A stretch of 64,000 bases of DNA from Fibrobacteria bacterium (GTDB taxonomy: Bacteria; Fibrobacterota; Fibrobacteria; UBA11236). Location: contig JAYTSD010000004.1 in assembly GCA_043745805.1 (NCBI GenBank), forward strand, positions 32,001 to 96,000, read 5' to 3'. The notes below the pieces were generated by a model. It had not been told where the DNA came from. It searched no databases and saw only the letters and a list, made by a program, of their open reading frames with translations. Shown here one piece after another: positions 39,358 through 49,275 of the stretch. Both the position numbers and the translations under genes were made by a program. Within the stretch, counting starts at the first letter, position 1; every line of letters begins with the position of its first letter.

Positions 39358-40547
39358 TGAAGCTGGTTTTTATTGATTCCGAACCTCCATTGACTCATGG
39401 CGGCGGCATTCGAACTTACTTACTCAATCATCTATCACTTGCGCAATCCGCTGGAATCACTACGGTAATTTATACGCATAATATTGAAGCCTATAAAGGC
39501 TACAATGCAAAGCCCATACACAGAAAACCCTGCTTATCTTGGCCATGGTTAAGCATCGCGCATCGATGGTTTTATGGAAATTTGGTAAACTTGGAATATG
39601 CTTATGGTTTAGTTTCGGTTTTAGAACAAGAAATCGAGCCACACACTATTTTTGAATTTCCTGATTATGGCGCTTATGGATTTTTTTGTTTCCAATCTCC
39701 CCGATTAGCACTGCATAGTTATATGCGTATTCATACACCGAGCTATTTGATTAGCCCCGCTGAAATAAATATTAAAAAGCGATTACAAGGTTATGTCATG
39801 GGGTTTTGTGAGCGATGGGCCATAAAAAGATCGCCTACTATTCTGGCTTTATCTGCTGCTTTTATGCAAGAAAAACTTCCTTGGATAAAATCCTATAAAA
39901 CCTTACTCCCCACTTTGCCTAGCCTTGCTAACATGGACTCTATTACCCCTTTAGCAGATTCATCTTTCCCAAATAAATCAGCATTGCAAATCTCAAAAAA
40001 AAAATCCCGCCGATTACTTTTTATCGGCAGAATAGAAAATCGCAAAGGAGTGCATGTTTTAGTATCGGCCTTTTTAAACTTTGTACAATCCCATCCAGAT
40101 TATGAATTACAGATTATAGGTAGCATTGGCGAACCTTCATACTATCAAACATTACTCCAACAACAAAACCAGCATCCTCAAGGCCAATCCATTCAGTTTT
40201 TACCGACTTGCACGCGCTCCGAATTATTTCAATCTATGCAAGAAGCCTTCTGTTTAATCATTCCTTCATTATGGGAAAATTGTCCCAATGTATTTTTCGA
40301 AGGATTAGCGGCGGGGATTTTTTGCTTAGTCTCCGCTACCGGTGAAATGAAAACCTTGGGTGAAAAAATGGGACTACCGCTTTTCAAACCAGGAGATAGC
40401 GAATCTTTAGAGGAGGCATTAATACACATTACCGCTTCCGATTTTCCTCGCCCAAATTTTATTGAAAAGCAAAACAATTTTTTGCGACAAGCTAAACCAC
40501 AAGGCGATTTGGACATTCTGAATTTTTACCATGAGAAAAGTGCATGA
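39357..40547 (+). CDS. GT4 glycosyltransferase
   Basis: GGIRTY, FIGRIENRKG, PSLWENCPNVFFEGLAAG. Confidence 0.9.
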   Translation: MKLVFIDSEPPLTHGGGIRTYLLNHLSLAQSAGITTVIYTHNIEAYKGYNAKPIHRKPCLSWPWLSIAHRWFYGNLVNLEYAYGLVSVLEQEIEPHTIFEFPDYGAYGFFCFQSPRLALHSYMRIHTPSYLISPAEINIKKRLQGYVMGFCERWAIKRSPTILALSAAFMQEKLPWIKSYKTLLPTLPSLANMDSITPLADSSFPNKSALQISKKKSRRLLFIGRIENRKGVHVLVSAFLNFVQSHPDYELQIIGSIGEPSYYQTLLQQQNQHPQGQSIQFLPTCTRSELFQSMQEAFCLIIPSLWENCPNVFFEGLAAGIFCLVSATGEMKTLGEKMGLPLFKPGDSESLEEALIHITASDFPRPNFIEKQNNFLRQAKPQGDLDILNFYHEKSA

Positions 40548-41785
40548 AAATTGGAATTATAAGTCGCGAATATCCACCCGATACCCATATAGGTGGGATT
40601 GGAACATACAGTCACATGGCGGCTACCCTACTCGCGGAAAATGGCCATGAAGTGCATGTATTTTGTAATGGCTTACAAACACACAAATCCATGCAAGAGG
40701 GTATCACCGTGCATCGTATTGCCATGCAAGCGCAAAAGTTTTGGAAGTCGAGAATTTGGTATTTATATCGAAAATGGTTTCGCAAAAATTTTCCCCATTT
40801 TTTGGAAGCGATTACTTGGGCACGATCTGTCGGCGATTATTTAAAAACTTGTGCCGAGTGGAAAATTTTAGAAGTATTGGAATACCCAGAAACCAATGGA
40901 GAAGGTGCCCTTCTTCCCCCAATTCCAAAAAATTTAAACGTCGTATGTCGCATTCATTCATCTTGGCTAAAAATTTATACCACCGGAAATTGGGAACAAA
41001 AAAAGCTATTGCGATTACAAAGAAAAAGTTGCGCTAAAGCACATAGAATTGTAAGTCCGAGCCAATACATGATCGAACATTATGCCTATTCCATTTTAGG
41101 CTTAAAACAAAAAGTAACTTTAAATAGAAACCCCTTAAGGCTTTGGCAAGAAAAACCCCCTCTCGAAAATAAAACCACTCAACATTTGCTTTTTGTAGGG
41201 CGTGTGGAGTATCGCAAAGGCTTAGATATTTTATTGGAGGCTCTTGATCAACTAGGCGATGCGGCTAAAGATTTAACCTTAAGGGTAGTCGGCGCTATGC
41301 ATCCTCATCAAGAAATTAGGGATGATCAATGCATTGAGATATTTAGGCAACACTTGAATTTATCACAAAATAAAAAACTGCCTTATACTTTGGAATATTT
41401 TCCAGCCGTACCCCAAAGCCAATTAAGAGAACATTATGATTGGGCAGGATTACTTATTTTACCCTCGCGTATGGACAATTTTCCTTATGTGGGATTAGAA
41501 GGTTTATCACGAGGCTGTTACTTAATTGCCAGCGATGTCGGGGGATTGCCGGAATTGCTGCTTCACAATAATTTTGGTAAAATCTTCCTCACAAAAAACA
41601 GCTTACTTTTGGGGCAAATTATACGACAATGTAGGGAACATGAAAGGGAGATTTTAAGCGGAATGGCGAATGCCGTACAAGGCATGGAATCTGCTTTTAG
41701 CGCAAAAGCTTGTTATCAACGTTTACTGGAAGCCTATGATAAAAAAGTTGGAGAAAAGGACAACACAACTTTACCCTTGGATTAA
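40544..41785 (+). CDS. GT4 glycosyltransferase
   Basis: EYPP..GGIGTY, FVGRVEYRKG, PSRMDNFPYVGLEG, SDVGGLPE. Confidence 0.9.
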   Translation: MKIGIISREYPPDTHIGGIGTYSHMAATLLAENGHEVHVFCNGLQTHKSMQEGITVHRIAMQAQKFWKSRIWYLYRKWFRKNFPHFLEAITWARSVGDYLKTCAEWKILEVLEYPETNGEGALLPPIPKNLNVVCRIHSSWLKIYTTGNWEQKKLLRLQRKSCAKAHRIVSPSQYMIEHYAYSILGLKQKVTLNRNPLRLWQEKPPLENKTTQHLLFVGRVEYRKGLDILLEALDQLGDAAKDLTLRVVGAMHPHQEIRDDQCIEIFRQHLNLSQNKKLPYTLEYFPAVPQSQLREHYDWAGLLILPSRMDNFPYVGLEGLSRGCYLIASDVGGLPELLLHNNFGKIFLTKNSLLLGQIIRQCREHEREILSGMANAVQGMESAFSAKACYQRLLEAYDKKVGEKDNTTLPLD

Positions 41786-42368
41786 AAGGGCCATTGATAT
41801 TTTAGGGGCATTTTTAGGATTAATGCTACTCTTCCTCTTATTCTTCATACTTGTTCCCATCATGAAATTAACTTCACCTGGTCCGATTTTTTTTGTGCAA
41901 ACAAGAGTAGGACAATATGGCCGTCATTTTAAATTCATAAAATTCCGTACCATGAATGTGAACGCTCATTTAAAACAATGGGAACTCGATAATTTAAATG
42001 AAACGGGTGGATTAACTTTTAAAGTTACCCATGACCCCCGTATTACAAAATTCGGTAATCTACTACGTAGAAGTAGTTTGGATGAAATGCCACAATTTTG
42101 GAATGTCCTCAAAGGCGAAATGTCTTTGATTGGGCCTCGCCCTCCTCTATTGCATGAAGTTTTACAATATAATGAAACCCAAAAAATACGCATGACGGTT
42201 CCCCAAGGCATGAGTGGATTATGGCAAGTGCGCGGCCGCTCTAATTTGAAATTTAAAGAAATGGTAGATTTAGATACTTATTATGCATTACATGCCAACG
42301 CCCATTTAGATTTAAAAATTTTAATTTCCACTTTACCCGCCGTCATATTAGGCCGAGGCTCAGCTTAA
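41736..42368 (+). CDS. Initiating phosphoglycosyl transferase (small Bac_transf domain only)
   Basis: KRAID, KFRTM, DPRIT, SLDEMPQ, MSLIGPRP, GLWQV; the in-frame ATG at 41736 is the more likely start. Confidence 0.93.
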   Translation: MIKKLEKRTTQLYPWIKRAIDILGAFLGLMLLFLLFFILVPIMKLTSPGPIFFVQTRVGQYGRHFKFIKFRTMNVNAHLKQWELDNLNETGGLTFKVTHDPRITKFGNLLRRSSLDEMPQFWNVLKGEMSLIGPRPPLLHEVLQYNETQKIRMTVPQGMSGLWQVRGRSNLKFKEMVDLDTYYALHANAHLDLKILISTLPAVILGRGSA

Positions 42369-42384
42369 TATAAATAGGGCAAAT

Positions 42385-43287
42385 ATGGCAGAAATTACTT
42401 TAGCATTAGTGACTTATAATCAAGCATATTATTTAAAAATTTTTCTCCAAAATTATTTATTACATAATCATATGGGTATTCCCTTACTAATTATTGATGA
42501 TGGCTCTACAGATGAAACCTCTGCATTATTAAAAAAAGTTCCCCCTTCGATTAAAGTATTCAACACCTCACATCAAAGCATTGCCGCCGCACGCAATTTG
42601 GCTTTAAAAAATTGTGAGACCCCATGGATAGCTTTTTCGGATACCGACTGCATTTTAAGTGAAACCTATTTTAATTGTATACAGCAAATACCGAATAAAT
42701 ATGCCGGTTTCCCTGCCTTAGAAGGTTCGGTTTGGCCTCCTTATAAATCCATTCCACCCCTAACCCATTTTGTAATGAACCGTAAAGGTGGCATGTATGT
42801 TACTGCAAATATGGCTTACCATATTGAGTCTATAAATACATTGGGTGGATTTGATTTGGCCTTTGGAAATTATCGTGAAGATGTGGATTTAGCGCTAACT
42901 ATTTTGGAACAGAAAAAAACTATTCCTTTTTGGCTTGAATGGAAAGTGGAACACCCGTATATTCCGCGTAAATTTTGGAAAACTTTAAAAAATCTCTATA
43001 CAGATCAATACAAAATTGTGCAGACGGAAATTCGCTTATATGTAAAGCATCCGCTTACTTATAATAAAGTTCGCTTTGCAAACAATGCTGAAAGAACTTT
43101 AAAGAATTGGTGCCAAAGACATACCTTTGAAATTATTAAACAAAGATGGATTTATTTAAAAGAAAACAAATCCACTTCTTGGGGTGAATGGCTACATCGG
43201 ATAATCTTAAGTGGAGAAAGCATAATTATTGCTGTCGTGGAACAAGCTTGTCTTAATATATTTTATTTAAACCGTAGTAAAAATTAA
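42385..43287 (+). CDS. GT2 glycosyltransferase
   Basis: VTYNQ, IDDGSTD, AARN, FSDTD, REDVDL. Confidence 0.88.
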   Translation: MAEITLALVTYNQAYYLKIFLQNYLLHNHMGIPLLIIDDGSTDETSALLKKVPPSIKVFNTSHQSIAAARNLALKNCETPWIAFSDTDCILSETYFNCIQQIPNKYAGFPALEGSVWPPYKSIPPLTHFVMNRKGGMYVTANMAYHIESINTLGGFDLAFGNYREDVDLALTILEQKKTIPFWLEWKVEHPYIPRKFWKTLKNLYTDQYKIVQTEIRLYVKHPLTYNKVRFANNAERTLKNWCQRHTFEIIKQRWIYLKENKSTSWGEWLHRIILSGESIIIAVVEQACLNIFYLNRSKN

Positions 43288-43293
43288 CTCTTC

Positions 43294-44430
43294 ATGTTAC
43301 CCACTAATCCCAAAAAGAAAATCCTAATCATTTGGCATGGATCTATCGTTCCTGCTTATCAAGATTTTTTCGTAGCTTTGTCGAAATTTTATCAAGTCAG
43401 AGTATTAGTACCCAAACAATGGACGCATGGTTCCGCATTATATTCTAGCCACGAAACACTTCCTAAATCAAAAAACAACATCCCTTGTGAATTTATACTT
43501 TCCACTTATTGGCCTAAACATAGCGCAAAATATTTAGTTCCGGCCTTAATACCACAACTCATAAGTTACCATCCCGATATCCTTTATATCATGGATGAAA
43601 GGGATAGAATAAATACGGCGATTCATTTAGGCTTGGCCAAATTATTAAGGCCGAAAATAAAAACTGCAACCTATTCTTTGCAAAACATTTTAAATCCCGC
43701 TTATCACAAAAGTTATCATCGATTAGCTTATGTAATCAATAATCATTTAACCGATATTGCCTTAGCCGCCAGCACTGAGGCATTAGAAGTATTACAACAA
43801 ATGGATTACCGAGGAGTTATGGCAACCATTCCACTTTCCGTGAATGCTGAGCTGTTCATTCCCCTCCCAAAATCAATGCTCACTTCCGAAACATTAAACA
43901 CAAAAATCCATTTACTATATGCTGGAAGTTTACATCAAGCAAAAGGACTGGCTCTCTTATCCCAAGCTTTACCACTTTTTCCCCATATACAATTACATAT
44001 TGCAGGTAATGGTCCCTTACTCCCTACTCTGCAAAAACAATTAGGGCCACAATTAATTTATCATGGAACATTAACAGGACAAGATTTAATTGCCTTTTAC
44101 CATTTGGGTGATTATGTAATTTTACCTTCACTCATAACTCAAAACTGGAAAGAACAAATTGGTCGCGTACTTTTGGAAGCCATTTGTTGTGGCTGCACCG
44201 CTTTGGGAAGTAATTCAGGTTATATTCCCCAACTCACTTTGTTTCCAGAAGTTACCTTTCAAGCAAATGAACTTTCATCATTGCAAGATTTATTAACTCG
44301 ATTAATTTCCTTAGACAAGCAAAACATTTGGCAAAAACAATATGAAAATATTTTGCAAAATTATAGCAATCCAAAAATAGCTGAAAAAACTTTTCACGCA
44401 CTAAATCAAACAAAAAATAAAACCTTATGA
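43294..44430 (+). CDS. GT4 glycosyltransferase
   Basis: YAGSLHQAKG, WKEQIGRVLLEAICCG. Confidence 0.88.
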   Translation: MLPTNPKKKILIIWHGSIVPAYQDFFVALSKFYQVRVLVPKQWTHGSALYSSHETLPKSKNNIPCEFILSTYWPKHSAKYLVPALIPQLISYHPDILYIMDERDRINTAIHLGLAKLLRPKIKTATYSLQNILNPAYHKSYHRLAYVINNHLTDIALAASTEALEVLQQMDYRGVMATIPLSVNAELFIPLPKSMLTSETLNTKIHLLYAGSLHQAKGLALLSQALPLFPHIQLHIAGNGPLLPTLQKQLGPQLIYHGTLTGQDLIAFYHLGDYVILPSLITQNWKEQIGRVLLEAICCGCTALGSNSGYIPQLTLFPEVTFQANELSSLQDLLTRLISLDKQNIWQKQYENILQNYSNPKIAEKTFHALNQTKNKTL

Positions 44431-45512
44431 AAATTGCTTTCCTGCATCGCGATCTACCTCCCGACTCTTATACCGGAGTGGCCCTACAGGTGCATAGGCT
44501 GGCCAATGCTTTGACGCGATTAGGACATAGCGTGACTATTTTTACGCATACGTCGCCCTCACCCGAAGCGCTTTATCAAGTACAATTAATCAATTCTATT
44601 TACTTTCGTATCGTCCAAAAATACTTTTCACCTTGGAAACGCTTACTTTTCCCAATCGGTTATCGGTTTTTAAGTTTTTCAGAATTTGACATTATACATA
44701 TTCATGGCGATGGCGGATTTTTAAAATACCAAACAAATTATTTACGCTCCTTTTATGGTACGGCCGCCTTAGAAAGAAAATTTTCTTTACACTGGAAAGG
44801 CAAGTTAGCACAAAGCATTTCTTATTTATTGGAAAAGAGAGAAAGTCAGCGGTCGCCACTGAGCACTGGTATTTCGCCCCATATAACAAATTATTTGCCC
44901 CAAGTAAAAAATATTATTCCTTGTATGTTACCGCAACCTATTTCTGAAACACCCTGTGAAAAATCAACTGCCCCAATGCTTTTGTTTTTAGGATCCAGAA
45001 ATTCTCGAAAGCAAGGAGACGCCATGCTTACACTTTTTAAAAAAATCCATTTACAAATCCCTACTGCCATTTTGGAATATGTGAGTTCGATTCATGATGC
45101 TGAATCCTTGAAAAAAACCGTGGCTTTAAATTCCGAAAGTTGGGCAAAACAAATTCGAATTAGTTATAAGTTATCCTCCGACGACTTACAAAAATTATAT
45201 GGCAAAAGTTGGATCTATATAAGCCTTTCAACCTATGAAGGTTTTGGCGTTAGTTTAATAGAAGCCATGGCCGCAGGTTGCATAGTATTCTCTACTTTAC
45301 ATCCTGGCTCAGAATTTATTTTGCAGGATGGAAACAATGGATATTTTCTCGAAAACTCCATTTCGCCTGAAAAAGTAATCTGGGCTTTACAAAATTACTC
45401 CACACAAAAAAAAATCGGCCTAAATGCGCAGAAATTTGCCCATCCATTTGAACCCCAAGAGATTGCTGAAAAGTACCTTACACTCTATGCTACAATTAAA
45501 GCAAAATGCTGA
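44427..45512 (+). CDS. GT4 glycosyltransferase
   Basis: YEGFGVSLIEAMAAG; N-terminal LPP..TGV. Confidence 0.88.
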   Translation: MKIAFLHRDLPPDSYTGVALQVHRLANALTRLGHSVTIFTHTSPSPEALYQVQLINSIYFRIVQKYFSPWKRLLFPIGYRFLSFSEFDIIHIHGDGGFLKYQTNYLRSFYGTAALERKFSLHWKGKLAQSISYLLEKRESQRSPLSTGISPHITNYLPQVKNIIPCMLPQPISETPCEKSTAPMLLFLGSRNSRKQGDAMLTLFKKIHLQIPTAILEYVSSIHDAESLKKTVALNSESWAKQIRISYKLSSDDLQKLYGKSWIYISLSTYEGFGVSLIEAMAAGCIVFSTLHPGSEFILQDGNNGYFLENSISPEKVIWALQNYSTQKKIGLNAQKFAHPFEPQEIAEKYLTLYATIKAKC

Positions 45513-47032
45513 ATTATTTAGTGAATAAGTTTAAGCAAAATAGCTTCCAAACATGGATGCTAATTTTGCTTCCTCTTGTGGGAACGCTCTTTGCTTATCG
45601 CCTAGTTAAAATTCCCTCTCGTATTGAGATCGCCATTTTTTTTATTGGCGTCTTTCTATTTCCCAGTTTAAAGTTCCCTAATTTTTCGATCTACTATTTA
45701 TTTAGTATACCTTGCTTTATACCCATGTTTCGCCGAATGTATTACTTGGTCGCCGATAGGCCTACGGTTGATTATTTGATGCTTATCTCAGATGGTATTA
45801 TGGTTTTCTTTTTTATTGCTTTGGTTTTTCTTTGGGTTTATAACAAAGAGAAAGTCGAAGATAAAATGTCCGTACTTATTATGTCCTATAGTTTTTGGCT
45901 ATTTTCGAAAATATTCATATTAAATGAAAGTACCGTGCTGGAAGGTTTCTATGGCTTTAAATTCAATGGACTCTATATTCCTTTTTATTTTGCAGGGAGT
46001 TATTTGATACGTAACTCTTTAGAATTAAAAAAAATTTTACGTTTCGTAACCTATATTCTGATATTCACCGCGCTTTATGGCATTAAACAAATTGTGTTTG
46101 GATTTAGTAATTTTGAGCAAAGTTGGATTGACTCTATTGCCTTCACTACTTTAAAAATCGAAGGTGTAGTACGCCCTTTTTCCACATTTGTATCTCCTGC
46201 AGCGATGTCGGATGCTATGAGTGCGCTTATTTTATTCGGTGCATTTTGGTTAATTATAAAACAAAATTTTTGTTGGGCATTGGGATTATTAGCTATAGTT
46301 TCAGCTATACCTCCTATATTAATCGCTACGGTGCGTACTAATTGGTTTGCATCCATAGCTGGACTCGGATTTTATTTTGGCTATTTACGGATAAAACAAA
46401 AATGGCTAAAAATTGCGGGTCTATTGTTAATTATTTGCTTTAGTATTTTTTATTCCTCCAAAACCGACACCAAAATCGATAGTGATAATGCGCGCTTGTC
46501 CGGTCAAAGCAAACATGAAAAACGTTCGCTTAGCGATATAATGATTAAAAATCGTACCCAAGCTTTAACCAATCCCTTACAAGAATATAGTCTACAAAAG
46601 CGTATGGAAATTTGGACGGATATTTGGAACGGATCATTTGTACAGCCTTTAGGAAAAGGCATGGGAACGTCCGGCTATGCACACAGTTATTATTTTCAGC
46701 TCCTAGGCGAAGCAGGTTTTCCCGGCATAGCGCTTTATCTCACCATACTCATTATTTTATTTCGAAGGTGTTTTATCATTCTTAAAAATAATCTGGACAA
46801 AAATGATTTAGAAATGACTCGATTTTTTTTAACTATACTTTTCACGTTCTCTATTTTAAATATTACTGGAACGCATTTATGTTCAAACCCTGCTGACATT
46901 TTATTTTGGTTTAGTGGGGGAGCCATTTCTTATTTATTTAAAAAAACTTTAGCAGAAAAAACTATCGCTAATGCCATGGCAATTACAAGTAAATTTCCTC
47001 CCCTTTCGGAACTCGAAGCGAGACAACTTTAA
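45506..47032 (+). CDS. O-antigen ligase / Wzy-like polymerase
   Basis: About 12 TMs, RPFSTF, TVRT, R..IW..PLGKG.G...AHSYYFQLLGEAG (Wzy_C-like). Confidence 0.82.
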   Translation: MLNYLVNKFKQNSFQTWMLILLPLVGTLFAYRLVKIPSRIEIAIFFIGVFLFPSLKFPNFSIYYLFSIPCFIPMFRRMYYLVADRPTVDYLMLISDGIMVFFFIALVFLWVYNKEKVEDKMSVLIMSYSFWLFSKIFILNESTVLEGFYGFKFNGLYIPFYFAGSYLIRNSLELKKILRFVTYILIFTALYGIKQIVFGFSNFEQSWIDSIAFTTLKIEGVVRPFSTFVSPAAMSDAMSALILFGAFWLIIKQNFCWALGLLAIVSAIPPILIATVRTNWFASIAGLGFYFGYLRIKQKWLKIAGLLLIICFSIFYSSKTDTKIDSDNARLSGQSKHEKRSLSDIMIKNRTQALTNPLQEYSLQKRMEIWTDIWNGSFVQPLGKGMGTSGYAHSYYFQLLGEAGFPGIALYLTILIILFRRCFIILKNNLDKNDLEMTRFFLTILFTFSILNITGTHLCSNPADILFWFSGGAISYLFKKTLAEKTIANAMAITSKFPPLSELEARQL

Positions 47033-48138
47033 TGCCCACTATTCTGATCATTGGACATCCTTTAGTAGCCATCGAAAACAGTTTAGCTTTTGAACCTTTG
47101 GAAGGTTTTAATATTTATCTTATTGCACCTACATCATGGAAGGCTCGTAGTTTGGGACATAGTTATACCAAACAATATTCGTTAACAAAGTCCAATACAA
47201 ATTTAAAACAACTGTTTCTACCCGTTTGGTTTTCTGGTTATAATTCTTTATTTCTTTGGCGTGGCTTAAGCAAACAATTAAAAAAAATCCGTCCCGATTT
47301 AATTTATTGTTGGGAAGAACCATGGTGCCTAGCCACTTGGCAAATTCGTAAAACCGCATCCTATTTAAATAAACCTTGGATTTTTTATTCCGCAGAAAAT
47401 AGACCTAAAGCACTACCTTGGTTTTTCCAAAGACTACAAAAATTAGCATTTATCAGTAGCATGGGTTGTATTGCGCCTACCGATGCAGTAACTCATCAGT
47501 TACGTTATTTGGGATTTAAAAAACCTGTGGGAATTGTTCCTCTATGGGTTCGTCCTTCCCAAAACCATCTCTTTGATACCAACAAACCCTGCCTAGCTTA
47601 TGTAGGTCGACTCATTACTTTAAAGCGAGTAGACTGGTTGATTGAAGCACTAATTTGGCTGCCTGATTTTACCTTAAAAATTATTGGAGATGGTCCAGAA
47701 CGCTCCGCCTTAAAAAATTTAGCCCAGCAATGCAAATGCGAAAATCGAGTTTTATTTTTTGGGCATTGTCCTAATGAAAAAATCCCGGAGGCATTAATAG
47801 ATTGTGGACTAGTTGTTATTCCCACTGCAGAAACATCACAACGTGCAGAGCAATTTGGCAAAGCCGCATTAGAAGGTATAGCTTATGGGTTACCTGTACT
47901 AACGAGCCGAAGCGGGCATTATCCTGAATTAGAAAAACAAATCCCCACTTTAAGCGCCCAAGATTTTACAAATCCACAAGGACTTGCCGAAAGTATTAAA
48001 TCTATTTTTGCGAATTATCCCAGCCTAGAAACGCGCTTGATGGCTCGCGAAAGAGTTAATCGCTTGTATGGCCCGACAGCGGCGGCTGCCGCCATACATA
48101 CATTTTTCATTTCTCTATTTCAAAAAATCGATGGCTAA
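47032..48138 (+). CDS. GT4 glycosyltransferase
   Basis: YVGRLITLKRV, IGDGPER, EQFGKAALEGIAYGLPV. Confidence 0.88.
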   Translation: MPTILIIGHPLVAIENSLAFEPLEGFNIYLIAPTSWKARSLGHSYTKQYSLTKSNTNLKQLFLPVWFSGYNSLFLWRGLSKQLKKIRPDLIYCWEEPWCLATWQIRKTASYLNKPWIFYSAENRPKALPWFFQRLQKLAFISSMGCIAPTDAVTHQLRYLGFKKPVGIVPLWVRPSQNHLFDTNKPCLAYVGRLITLKRVDWLIEALIWLPDFTLKIIGDGPERSALKNLAQQCKCENRVLFFGHCPNEKIPEALIDCGLVVIPTAETSQRAEQFGKAALEGIAYGLPVLTSRSGHYPELEKQIPTLSAQDFTNPQGLAESIKSIFANYPSLETRLMARERVNRLYGPTAAAAAIHTFFISLFQKIDG

Positions 48139-49264
48139 AAGTAATGCTCACCTACGTCGCTGCGAAGAATTTATTTCACGCATTTTATTGTCCATTTATG
48201 GTTTTTTTTATCTTAAAAAAAAGCCTCCATCCAAGCCCATAGGTCGCATTTTATTATGTAAAACCTGTTGTTTAGGTGATGCGGTATTAACGCTCTATGC
48301 CATTCGCGCCTTTAAATATCAATATCCGGATATCGAATTGCATGTATTAGCCAGTCGTCGCGTAGAAAATGTGTATGTGCAATCCTCACTCATCACTCAA
48401 GTACATACACTTCCCTTAACAGGCCGTAACTTAGTCCAAGAATTATTGCAAATAAGTTTTTGGGTAAATCTTATGCGAACTTTTATACGGCTGCGCCAAT
48501 TAGAGTTTACTCAATATATTGATTTTGAATTATATCGCAGCTATGGGAGTTTTGTAAAAACCCTTTTGGGAATTCCTTTTTCACGCGGATTTTCGGTTAC
48601 CGGCGCTCCCGATAAATTTCATGACTTAAATATCGAACGACAACGAAACATTCCGGAATGGGAGTGTTTTTATGCCTTACTTGGCTTAAATATTCCAACC
48701 GAAAAACCAGCCCCAATTTATTTTCCCTTAAAAAAGAGTATGCCTTTAAAAAGACTCGGTATTGTGTTTGGCTCCTCATTTAATTGGCCGCAAAAAAAAT
48801 GGCCGCGAGAAAATTTTGCAACTGCCATTCAACAATTAGGATTAATATATCCGGATTTGGAAATAATAATTTTTGGTGTACCCTCCGAAAACGAAGATGG
48901 AAAGTGGATTGAAACACATACTTCATCAATTCTGCGCATCCAAAATACCGTTGGCCAACTTCACTTTAATGGATTAATTGAAATGCTATCCACTTGCGAT
49001 GCTGTATTTGGAAATGATACGGGAACCATGCATGTCGCTGCCGCATGTGGAATCCCCACCTTTACTTTATTTGGACCCACACGGCCTTTAAAATGGAATC
49101 CGTTGACCTCGATTCCCATTTTTATCGACCTACCTTGTCGCCCCTGTTATTATTTGGGATCGATGCCCGATTGCAATCATTTCAGTTGCCTTAAACAATT
49201 AAAACCCGAAATTGTGGTCGCACAAATAGAAAAGTTCTTCGGTAAAAAATCAGTTTCGTGTTAA
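48131..49264 (+). CDS. GT9 (heptosyltransferase-like) glycosyltransferase
   Basis: LGDAVL, KKWP, GNDTGTMHVAAA, LFGPT, CRPC...C..FSCL; the in-frame ATG at 48131 is the likely start. Confidence 0.9.
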   Translation: MAKSNAHLRRCEEFISRILLSIYGFFYLKKKPPSKPIGRILLCKTCCLGDAVLTLYAIRAFKYQYPDIELHVLASRRVENVYVQSSLITQVHTLPLTGRNLVQELLQISFWVNLMRTFIRLRQLEFTQYIDFELYRSYGSFVKTLLGIPFSRGFSVTGAPDKFHDLNIERQRNIPEWECFYALLGLNIPTEKPAPIYFPLKKSMPLKRLGIVFGSSFNWPQKKWPRENFATAIQQLGLIYPDLEIIIFGVPSENEDGKWIETHTSSILRIQNTVGQLHFNGLIEMLSTCDAVFGNDTGTMHVAAACGIPTFTLFGPTRPLKWNPLTSIPIFIDLPCRPCYYLGSMPDCNHFSCLKQLKPEIVVAQIEKFFGKKSVSC

Positions 49265-49275
49265 ATTAAACTTAC